Position numbers and translations under genes: made by a program
Shown here: positions 54,222-64,000 of the stretch, in pieces
How positions within the stretch are numbered: position 1 is the stretch's first letter
Layout of the letters: each line of letters opens with the position of its first letter
NCBI GenBank assembly: GCA_016748015.1
Contig: JAAOMT010000031.1
Coordinates: 310,001-374,000, forward strand
Source: Geosiphon pyriformis uo1
Lineage: Eukaryota > Fungi > Glomeromycota
Direction of reading: 5' to 3'
DNA length: 64,000 bases
The notes under the pieces: generated by a model
Told to the model about the DNA's origin: nothing
The model's database searches: none
Seen by the model: only the letters and a program-made list of their open reading frames with translations

Positions 54222-57200
54222 CTCACTTAATTTGGAAAATTGCTGCGTGTAATGTCAAAGGTATGAACAATTGTGCGAAGCAGACAGACATTATACGTTG
54301 ACATAAGGACATGAACAATCTGGTCTCCATTGTTACTGAGACAAAGTTGAGAGACATGGTTTGTCCATGGATCACTGATAAGTTCGATGGTGTTCATGTT
54401 TTTACTTTTGGTCTGGATTCTGGTCACATGGGATCTGATGTTGCAATAATTATAGACTCTTCTTTAGCAAAGCATGTGTGCAAGATTTCAGAGGTACCTG
54501 GTTGGCTGTTATCAATAAGGCTGCTCTTTGGAAATAAGCTTTCTGTGTTTATTCTGGGGCTGTATGCTGGTATGTTTTCAGTGGTTCAGTTTTCTCAGAC
54601 TAGTGATATCAATTTTCTCGTTTCCAAAGCTGTGAATAAGACTTTTTTTGTCATTCTTGGTAGTGATTTCAATGAAGATGGGTCTCATAAATGTGCCAGT
54701 TTCAGGAAATGTTTTGATTTGGGTCTGGTTAACTCTCTAAGTGGAAGCACTTTTGTGAGGTCACCAACATGGTGCAATTCTTGTGGTGTTGCCAAGACAA
54801 TTGATTACGTGTTGGTCTCCTCTAGTTTAGTTAATGCAATCATGGATCGTGGTGTGGTGGGTGTTGAGTATTTTTTTAATACTGATCATAGGGCTGTTTC
54901 TGTTTCTGTGGGTCTGGGTGGTTTGTTGGATGTGCAGCTACTGTCACTATGCAAACAGGCCAATAAAGATTGTTAGAAGTTCGATGTTAAAAATGCCAGT
55001 AATGGAAAGTGGTTGGAGTTTAAGAATGCTACAGCTGCTAATGCTTCTATGCTTTCAGACGTATTTGTTGCAGCTACAAAGTTTTCAGATAAGGATGCAA
55101 TGTGGGACGTTGTTTGCAAAATATTGATTCTCTCAGCTGGTGAGACGTTCAAGAAAAAATGATTCAAGAGTTATAGTAGTGTTTTCAATAAGGTTTTTTC
55201 TAAGTTTTATAGACTGGAACTGCTTGTGTCTAAGCTGGTTAAGGCCTTTCATCTGGTTTTTGGTGGGAATTTTGCTTCTTTGTTGGATACATGGGATAGG
55301 CTTGACTCAGTTGGCGCCTCGCCAGTGAAGTCTCTGTTTCTTTTGAATTCTGGTTTTAATGCTATTCACTCTGAACTGGCTAAAGCAAGGAAGGTTTACT
55401 GCTCTTCAAAGATGATGGAGTCTAAACACACTGAGGAATCTCGTATTAGACAGGCTATTGAGAGAAGAATGGAGAGTTTTGAAATGGACAAGTGATGCAC
55501 CATCAGAAGTGTTCTGGAGTGTCCTTTCCATAAGGTGGTATTGAATCACTTGGTCATGGGTGAAGAGTTGGTTCTAGAGCTGAATTTGGTTAAATCTAAG
55601 GTTGATAAGATCATGGAAGATTGAACTAAGAAGTGTGTAGTGATGCCAGATATTTCTGATGACTGGGTGCACCAATTTCAGTCTTTGAATTATGTCTTTG
55701 ATGATGTCTTCTCTGAAGTAATGTGTTCGATTGGTTTTGATGAGTTGCTTACAGTTGTCTTTAATTTGTTCAATGGTAAGGCGGCTGGTCTTTCTGGTAT
55801 CTCCAATAAATTGTGGAAACACTGTGATAGAATGGTTTTGGATATGCTTTTGTTATTGCTGAATTTTTGTTTGGAACATGAATCTGTACCTGGACCTTGG
55901 AAGGAAGCTTGGGTGTCAATGATTTCTAAACTGTATGAATGGGAGGGCGTTCTTACAAATACCCGTCCTATTGCATTGATTGAAATGGCCTGCAAGATTC
56001 TTTCTAAGATTCTCTCGAACAGAATTTCTTCAGTCTGCAACAGATTTAATGTTCTGTGTGGGAACAATTTCTCTGTATTAAAGAGTACGTTGACACAATC
56101 ACCCATTTTTGCCATTGGTTTTGTGGTGGAAGATGCATTGGAAAAGGGCTGGGAACTGTGGCTGGTTTTGTAAGATATGCGAAAAGCGTATGATTCTGTT
56201 GGCTGAATGCATCTCAAAAGAAGTTTGATTAGGATTAAGATGTGTGACAAGTTTATTAGATTTTTTGATGACATTCACAATAGTTGCACCAACAGGGTGA
56301 TGACGGATTTTGGCTTGACTGATGGTTACTATGTTCACGATGGTCTGGACCAAGAGGAGGTTTTTTTGCCACTTCTTTGGTGCATATTTTATGATTCACT
56401 CTTGTGTAAAGTCAAATGACAGGAAAGTGTGTGTGGTTACAGGTTGAACTCTCATTTTATTTCCAGAACTGGCCAGGTAGAGCCTCAGGCCAGATTGACG
56501 TCATTCTTGGCTGTGGGTGCTTTTGTAGATAATACTATTTGGATTGGTGGTAGCCGGGCTGCTATGCAGCACATCCTCAATGTTGCTAGTGAATTTTTTA
56601 GGATTAATGACATTTCAATTAACAATGACAAGACTGTAGCCATTTCTATCAACAGCCAGATTGTGAATTCTTCTTTAATTATTAGTGGCTTGCCTATCTT
56701 TATCACCAAGAAGGGTGAATCTCATTAGTATTTGGGTATTTTTTTGTCTTCTGAAGGTCTTTCGATGCCTAGTCTGGCTAAAGCTCGCTTGAACATTCAG
56801 TTCTTTGTTAATCTTGTTCTGAGAAAGGCAATTTCAGACAAACAATTCACGTATTTGGTTTCTGCAGTTCTTCTGCCTATCATTAGCTACAGAACTCAGT
56901 TCAGCTTCGTTCCTGTTAATGTGTATAATAAGTGGGACTCTATGGTTCGCAGATGCTTGAAGTCTAAGTCTGGGCTGCCATTCGACTTTTCCAATGATGC
57001 AGTTTATCATCCTTTTTTGTACAATTTTAAAACTTTTGAACAGATCCAAGCTGAGAGTAAATTGGCTGCTGTTTTGGCTTTTGCGAATTCAGTTGGTATT
57101 TTGGGTCGTTTGTTTTCTCACAGGTCTCATGATCTTCAGGCTCTTAGTTGGCATCCCTGTCACTCTTTGCTGTTTTCAGCTTATGTTGATGTTAGCCTTT

Positions 57201-58908
57201 CAAACAACTTTCTGTCAGGTGTAGTTCGTATTTTTTCTGGATGTGACTTGTCTTTGGGCATTTCTCTGGCCAGCGCTTTTCATTTTCAGGATGGCACTCC
57301 TATGTCTATTGTTTTAGGTGAGCCAAGATTTCTCAAATGTGTCCCTTCGCTCAAGCACTATGGTATCACTTTTGTGGAACAGCTTTGTGACAGACATGGT
57401 GTTGCTTTCAGTTGGAAGATCTTCAAATGTTGGAAAAGACTGGATTCCCATGGCCCGGTTTCTGTTTGGTTTGATATTTCTGTTCAGTTTCTTGGTAGCG
57501 TTGTTCTTTCTTCTGTGAGCTCTCCTCCTGTGAGTGATCATGCTTCTCCTGATATTTGACTTTCTCACAATTTTGGCATTGTTTGCGACAATTTGTTGGA
57601 CATTGATGCTGCTGTTCACCTCTCTGTATATATGGATGGGTCTTTAAGTGGTCTGGATACTGTTGGTATGAAGGCTGGTGCTGTTGTTTTCTTTGAGGAC
57701 ATTGATTCGGGGTTGGATGTGAAGATGTCTGGTTTGGTTTCCTCTATGCTTATGGAGTTGCAGGCCATTGCTCTGGCTCTCGAGTGTGTTCCCGCTTTTC
57801 ATTCAGTGGATTTGTTCTCGGACAGCCAGGCTGCTTTGGATGCATGCAAATCCGAATCTCTACTAGCTCGGCCAGACTTCAGGAATTGTTGTTGGATTGA
57901 GCATTGCCACATTGCTAATGTTATTCGTGATAAGAATTTGGATGTGAATTGGGTCAAAGTAAAAGATCATTCAGGTGTCCCTAGCAATGAACATGCTGAC
58001 TCACTTGCAGGGGTCACTGCCTCATCTTCTTGGTAGCTGCTGCACAGGGTTGATGAATGGTTTTTGAGGGCTGGTGACTCTGCCATTTTTGGTAATTCAA
58101 GACATTTTGTTTATGATATCTTCTGGTCAGTTCATCGGGTGTGTTGGGAGGTTGGATCCGGTTCCCGAGTTTTGGTGGATAGTTTGCGAAGTGATGTTAA
58201 TTGGGCCAGGTCTGTTTTGGTGTGACACCCAAATTCCCATATGGCTGCTGGCTTTACTAATTTGTATACTGCTGGCTTTCAGACTTATTTCATAAAGGCT
58301 CTACATCATTGACTTCTTGTTGCTGTGCATAAGTGTCTATATGATAAGCTTTACCCCAGTGTAGTGTGTTTATTCTGTAATGAGGTTGAGATCTCTGATC
58401 ATGTTTTTTCCTGCTCTTTTGATGCCATTGGCCATGAGCATTTGATGAACACTTATGCAGCTGTTTAGAAAGCATGCTCTGGTTTATCTCGTTCTTCTTC
58501 ATGTATTTTCCAGTTACTGTCTACTTGTGCTTCAAATTGTGTGGTTGGGGTGGCCCTATGTAAAGGATTTGTTTTCAATAATTGGTATTGTGAATTTGTC
58601 TCTGTTTTTGAGGATTCCAGGGTGGCAGCTTGTAATATGGTGTCTTTTGTGCATGAGTTTTGTGCTGTATTCCAGATGAAATCTGGTTGGTTTGTGTGAG
58701 ACACTGGGCAGTAATAGAAAAGGGTAGGCTGATTCCTCGTAATGGCTCTGTTCCTGCCTCTGTTTCTGGTTTTTCTATGGGCCTTTTAGCAGGTGTTGTT
58801 AGATTGTTGGAGGTTGCTAATACAATTAGCATTCATTTCGGGTTTTGTAGGTCTTGTTTATTTTTTTCTGGTGCTTGTAAAGAGGTTTCTGTTCATATAA
58901 GTGCATAG
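54218..58908 (+). pseudogene. LINE ORF2: AP endonuclease, reverse transcriptase, RNase H and C-terminal Zn finger, with many premature stops
   Basis: CNVKG, TETKL, GSDFN, IDYV, TDH (APE); RPIALIE, DMRKAYDSV, GLDQ, AFVDN (RT); YMDGS, ELQAI, SDSQ, KDHSG..NE.AD (RNase H); CLFCNEVEISDHVFSC. Confidence 0.93.
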
Positions 58909-59907
58909 TGTTGTTCTGACTGGTCTGAGTGGCTGGTCATGTACAGAAAAGGCATGATTCACACCTAGTTTAGATCATTTAATGATGTATTATACTAGGT
59001 AGTGTTTGGACTTCATTCATTAAATAAAATAAAATAAAAAAAATTAATTCTGAAATATTATATATTAATTGCTAAAAAATGAGTTTTATAAATTGTTTTT
59101 TTATAAATTTTAATAGAATTGCAGTAATTAGCATTCAGCTTTAATATATCTATACTTTTGACAATAATAACATATTATATTTTATTGATTTCTATTTTGG
59201 TTTTGATAACTATAATCTTAAAGAAGTATTTGGTTTCACTGTTATAATAGTTGATATTAATTTGGTATCTGGGGTCTGGTATTAGCAAAATAACTTCTAT
59301 TTTCTAATATAATTTCTCTTTAAGTTGAATAATCTTGTTTTTTAGTTTTTAGTATTATTGTTATTTATTACCAAGTTTATTATTTTATTATGATTAACTT
59401 TTTTTTTGGCTGACTTAATATTTCAAGCTAATATAATAGCTTGGAATAGTTTTTTTGAGTGTTGTAATCTTATTTGGTTTAAAATATTATTTTTTAATTT
59501 TCTTATAAACTGATTAAAAATCTAAAAAGCTATGTAATAATTGTTTTTTATAACTCTAATTTATTATATGACATAATTAAATCTATCTAAATATTTAATT
59601 ATTATTTTATTAGATTGTTATTTAATAGTATTGAATTTATTTTAAAGTTTGATAATAGTATTGAGATTACAAAAATATTTTAGAAATGTGTTTTAAAACT
59701 GTGTAAAAATGTCAAATTTAAATTTTAAATTTTAATATCAGAAGTTGGTTGTATTTTTTAAGAAAAATAGTAAAATCTAAAAACTATAAATCTTATTTTA
59801 ATTATTTGCTAGAATTGTTTTTTGTGTTTCTTTAATTCAAATATGAACTTTTTTTTTCTAATAAAGTTAGTCAATTTTGTAATATAAAAAATAGTTATTT
59901 CTTAAAA

Positions 59908-60770
59908 GTTTACAGTATTATTTATAGAATATAAGAAGTATATATTAGCATAAAATTAGCCAATCAGAAGTAACCATAATAAAATGTGGAATTCCAAGAT
60001 TTCTCTCAAAGGAATTGCAGAATTCCAAGAATTTTAGGATTCTCATACAAGGAATTGCAGAATTTCTCTTAAAAGAATTGCAGGATTTCAGGAATTTCAG
60101 GATTCCTGGTGTGAAGAATTGAGGAATTGAAGAATCTCAATTATGTATATATAGCAGTAGTATTAGAAGTAGAAAAGACAGACCTCTCAGTTTAGATTTG
60201 ATCTAAGCAATCTTTTATTCACAAATATTAATAAATAATTATTTACTATATCAATTCACTCTCCACTATCAACACTTTATGTTGATAGTAATTGATACTT
60301 AACCACACTGGAACAATAGCTCTTGATCATGGCTATTGATAAAATACTAATACTCATTGTCTTGGCTTATTTCTTTATTTTTTTTCTTTTATTTTTCTTT
60401 TTATTTTCTTTTATTATTTCTTTGTTTTTACTAATTGATTAAAAAGAAAAGTGCTCAATTATTGACGTTAAGGATAGCCTAGTAAAAGACTCCAAAGGAA
60501 GGGTATAAAGTTGACAATTTAAGGATAGCTTACCAGAAGGGCATTTTTGCCAGATTACCAGTCATCACACTGAGAAAAAAATTTGATAGAATTGTGATTT
60601 CGAGAGGCTACTGAAAAGACAACAACTAAATTTTTGTCCATTATACAAAGAACTTAATCCAAAACTTTTAAACAAATAGCACCTTCAGATATCCTAAACA
60701 ATACAATCAATTGAGCACCAAGTTACAGGTTTGTTATTTGATTTGAAACCCCAAATAATCACCTGTAACA
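59908..60770 (+). mobile_element. Solo-LTR-like element family B, copy 2, nested in the Gypsy internal region
   Basis: CCAAT (about 59960), tandem GGAATTGCAGAATT-like repeats (59988-60135), TATATATAG (about 60146), ends ...CCTGTAACA; homologous to 44490-45319. Confidence 0.7.
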
Positions 60771-61374
60771 ACAAATATTTAAATAAAAAAAGCTATGAAT
60801 TCTGATTTTAATTTGCTTGAAGATTTTTTTTTTAATACTCTGCTTTTTAGATTACATTTAAACTTGAATTTTTAGTTTAAATTTAAATTTTGGTTTAGGT
60901 TTTCAAATAGTCTAAAAGTTTGGTTGTAGAGATAATAAGTTTAAAAATTATAAGAATATCTTTTTAAAATAAATCTTTCAAAGAATTTTTTCTAAATAAA
61001 ATATAAACATAGTTAGAAATTTGGAAGACATAACTTCTAATAATATATTAATTTGGTTATCTAGTAACAAATAGTAAGATAAAATTTTTAATAATGTGAT
61101 TTAAAATTTTTTATATAATAAAATTAAAGTTTATTATTAATTCACAATTTTTTAATAAGATGTTTATACTGAAGTTTTTAGTTTTTATTGGTTATCTTAA
61201 TTATTGCTGTTTTTTTTGTTTTTGTTAAAAGTAAATAAAAAACTTTATTAGATGTATTTTTTGATTTTTTAGTGTATTTTTATTAAAGTTATTAAGAATA
61301 ATTGTGTATTAGATAATATAGTGTATTAGATTAATTTTTAATATAGGCTTTATTTTTGTTTTTAAAGTTTTAAA

Positions 61375-62234
61375 CCTTGTCTGAATAAGTATTAAATTTG
61401 ATAATGCATATAGTAATTAAAAATTAATTTAGTTAAAGAACAATTATTAGGTAATTCCAATCTTTTTTGAAATTAATAATATAAATTTTGGCTAAAAAAA
61501 TTAATAAATATTACTAGTTTTGTTATTTTAATCTACTAATTTACACAATTAATTATTACTAAAATTTAAATAGCTTAAATAGATTAAAATTAAATCTTAA
61601 AGTGTACATCAAATGTTAAAAAGTATTTTTTTAGTAGTTGTATTAAATTAATTTATATAGTATTTTAGATTAAGTAATAATATAAAAAATTATTTAATTT
61701 TAATATAAAAATAAGTATATTAGTTTTAATTAATTCAGATTTTAATTTTATGCTGGATTTCTATTTAATAAATTACTACTATTTTTTTATTTAANNNNNN
61801 NNNNNNNNNNNNNNCCTTGTCTGAATAAGTATTAAATTTGATAATGCATATAGTAATTAAAAATTAATTTAGTTAAAGAACAATTATTAGGTAATTCCAA
61901 TCTTTTTTGAAATTAATAATATAAATTTTGGCTAAAAAAATTAATAAATATTACTAGTTTTGTTATTTTAATCTACTAATTTACACAATTAATTATTACT
62001 AAAATTTAAATAGCTTAAATAGATTAAAATTAAATCTTAAAGTGTACATCAAATGTTAAAAAGTATTTTTTTAGTAGTTGTATTAAATTAATTTATATAG
62101 TATTTTAGATTAAGTAATAATATAAAAAATTATTTAATTTTAATATAAAAATAAGTATATTAGTTTTAATTAATTCAGATTTTAATTTTATGCTGGATTT
62201 CTATTTAATAAATTACTACTATTTTTTTATTTAA
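61375..62234. other. Assembly gap (20 N, 61795-61814) flanked by an apparently identical 420-bp duplication
   Basis: 61375-61794 is repeated at 61815-62234 exactly across the Ns. Confidence 0.9.
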
Positions 62235-62763
62235 GAATTTAAAGATTAGCTTAATGAGTTTTTCTTAATTTTTAATAGTTATTGAATAATTTTTCTGATA
62301 AATGTTCTTTTATTTGATTTATTGTTTTTGTATAATGTTTTTGTTAAAATTGCTATTAATAGTTACTACTATACTAGTTCTCCAAGGAAAATTCTTATTA
62401 TATCTTTATATTTTTAATTATGTCTTTTCTTAAAATTTTTGTAAATATATATTTTTTATATTGTACTAATATTAAACATCTGTATTTTTTTGTTTATAGT
62501 AAAATAGTACTCTATTTTTAATAAATTTAAAGAAAATTAAAATTAAAAAATAGAATTCAATAAAATTAGTATTTGTAAAATAATTTTAATTAGAAATTAT
62601 TATTTTTTTCAAGATATAAAAAACTTATTTTAAATTTTTAAGTTAACTGTTAATTTTGGCCAAGATATTATTACAAGTAGTTTTTAGATAATTTTATGTA
62701 GTTTTTATCCTTTTAATATGTTTTCAATCTTGTTAAGTTTGAGTTTTGTTTATGTTTTGTTGA

Positions 62764-63341
62764 TGTATTAGATGTTTTTATTATTGTTTTTATCAATAAA
62801 AAGACAATAATAGAAAGAAGAAGTAATGGTCTTTTGAGTTATTTATGAAAGACCAGATTATCAAGAGAAAAGTCTTCAAGTTTACTAATTTTAGTATTAG
62901 TGAATATTATAATACAAAGCTTGAAAAACACACTTTCTAGCTTTTTTTGAAATTATAATTTAATTCTTCTATTTTTTTTGTTTATTTTGTCTAATTAACT
63001 TTTTTTTTCTTTATTATTTTTTTTTGTCTGTTTTTTTCTTAGTTAAAAAGCTATTATATATATACATATTTCGAGTTATACATAATTATGTCTATTTTAA
63101 CTAATTAATAAATAATTGTTAAGATATTAGATTTTTTATTTAATTGTAAATATCACTTAGTTTACTTGTTTATAATTATATTAAATTAGATATATTTGTA
63201 TATGTTTTATATACTATCATATACATATTATATTTTTTAATTTTATTCATTAATCTGTACTATTTATACTATTATTTAATAATTGATTAATATATTATGA
63301 TATTATTATTTTTGATTTTTATTAATTTTTATCAGTTAATA
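62764..63341 (-). repeat. 5' LTR of the Gypsy element (578 bp, one terminus mutated)
   Basis: Aligns end to end with 45321-45898. Confidence 0.85.
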
Positions 63342-64000
63342 CTAAGTTCAAAAAATTATCAAAACCAATAGTAATATAAATAACATTATAATTAGTATTA
63401 AAAAATTTATTTACCAAGTTGGACAAAAAAAAATAAAATCAATAGTTTTTTTCATGTTTTTAAAGTTTTTTTAAATAGAAAACTTAACAAATAACTACCA
63501 ATTAAAGAATTAACTAAACTTAAATTTATACATTTTTTGAAGCTGGTACTATACTTAATATTATCCTTATTAAAGTTATTTTTTAAAATGACAAAAATAT
63601 TCTTATTATATGTACAAGCTATAAAAAAATTAACAATAACTTCTTGGTTCAAATATTTTTTCAAAAATATATTTATATATAACTTTAATATTGAAACTAA
63701 TTGTTTATTTTTAAACAATAAACAGATTACTAAAAGCTTATTAGAAATTTTTGAAATCTTTGAAACATGTTTAACTAAATGTTTATTTACAATTAAAACA
63801 ATACCAATATATTAATACTTAGAATTTAAACCAAAAGTAAATATTTTTACACCTAAAAACTTATTTGTAATCCAAAATTTAATATTAGGATAAAGCTTAA
63901 TTTTAATAATATTTAAAATATTTTTTAATTTATTATATTACTTAATATTATTATTTTGTTTAATAAAAATATTTATTTCTTTAATATTATATATAGCTAT
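63342..64000 (-). mobile_element. Minus-strand decayed LINE (endonuclease region) cut by the Gypsy LTR
   Basis: VILKNNFNKDNIKYSTSFKKCINLSLVNSL matches VILGSDFNEDGSHKCASFRKCFDLGLVNSL in the young LINE. Confidence 0.8.

Larger units (their letters stand above)
52150..59043 (+). mobile_element. Younger full-length LINE inserted inside the Gypsy element
   Basis: Sharp GC rise, ORF1 plus ORF2, a short 3' UTR of about 110 nt and a (TAAAA)n tail at about 59021-59043. Confidence 0.95.
45321..63341 (-). mobile_element. Decayed Ty3/Gypsy LTR retrotransposon carrying nested insertions
   Basis: Direct repeats at 45321-45898 and 62764-63341, with a minus-strand purine tract abutting 45898. Minus-strand pol relics: NLTELWRFLRFI (about 48650), ASILVYSNFTKKFILITNVS (about 48500, RNase H DAS region), NYATYKVKCLVII (about 48340) and NAISVADF (about 47550, integrase). 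Confidence 0.85.

Noticed and set aside
54218-58908. Alternative genetic code or stop readthrough explaining in-frame TGA/TAG
   Set aside because: Stops are of all three types and come with missense transitions in catalytic motifs; host genes use standard stops.
52120-59072. LINE target-site duplication (ATTAATTCT... on both sides)
   Set aside because: The match is degenerate and AT-rich, so it cannot be distinguished from chance.
59988-60135. CRISPR-like array
   Set aside because: Degenerate short tandem repeats without unique spacers, in a eukaryotic LTR-like context with no cas genes.
61375-62234. Perfect 420-bp tandem duplication
   Set aside because: It straddles a 20-N gap and is identical in otherwise heavily mutated DNA, so it is a scaffolding overlap artefact.

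Overview
Eukaryotic DNA from an intron-rich fungus. The gene set, short introns and TE families fit an early-diverging Glomeromycotina/Mucoromycota genome; the TE proteins resemble Geosiphon-type elements (inference, not searched). CpG-containing gene islands (about 0.8-4.1, 14.8-35.8 and 39.1-42.8 kb) alternate with very AT-rich, almost CpG-free transposon graveyards. Manually spliced genes: Gtr2/RagC GTPase; Cce1/Ydc2 resolvase; a Zn-finger plus PARP-like ADP-ribosyltransferase; two tandem permuted papain-like (H-box/NC) paralogues; two secreted or GPI-type proteins; a chromodomain protein whose chromodomain the ORF track misses; Cdc25-like rhodanese; aldo-keto reductase; a large protein of seven LOTUS/OST-HTH-like repeats fused to a degenerate HerA/FtsK-like ATPase; Pth1; a hydrophobic orphan; NEDD1. 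Repeats: two full-length LINEs (APE-RT-RNase H) of different decay age; a nested Ty3/Gypsy with paired 578-bp LTRs; two copies of a structured solo-LTR-like element; and a duplication artefact at an N-gap. Best leads are the LOTUS-array/pseudo-ATPase, a repeat-restricted C-to-T hypermutation that is not limited to CpG (RIP-like), and the ART plus papain-like peptidase cluster.
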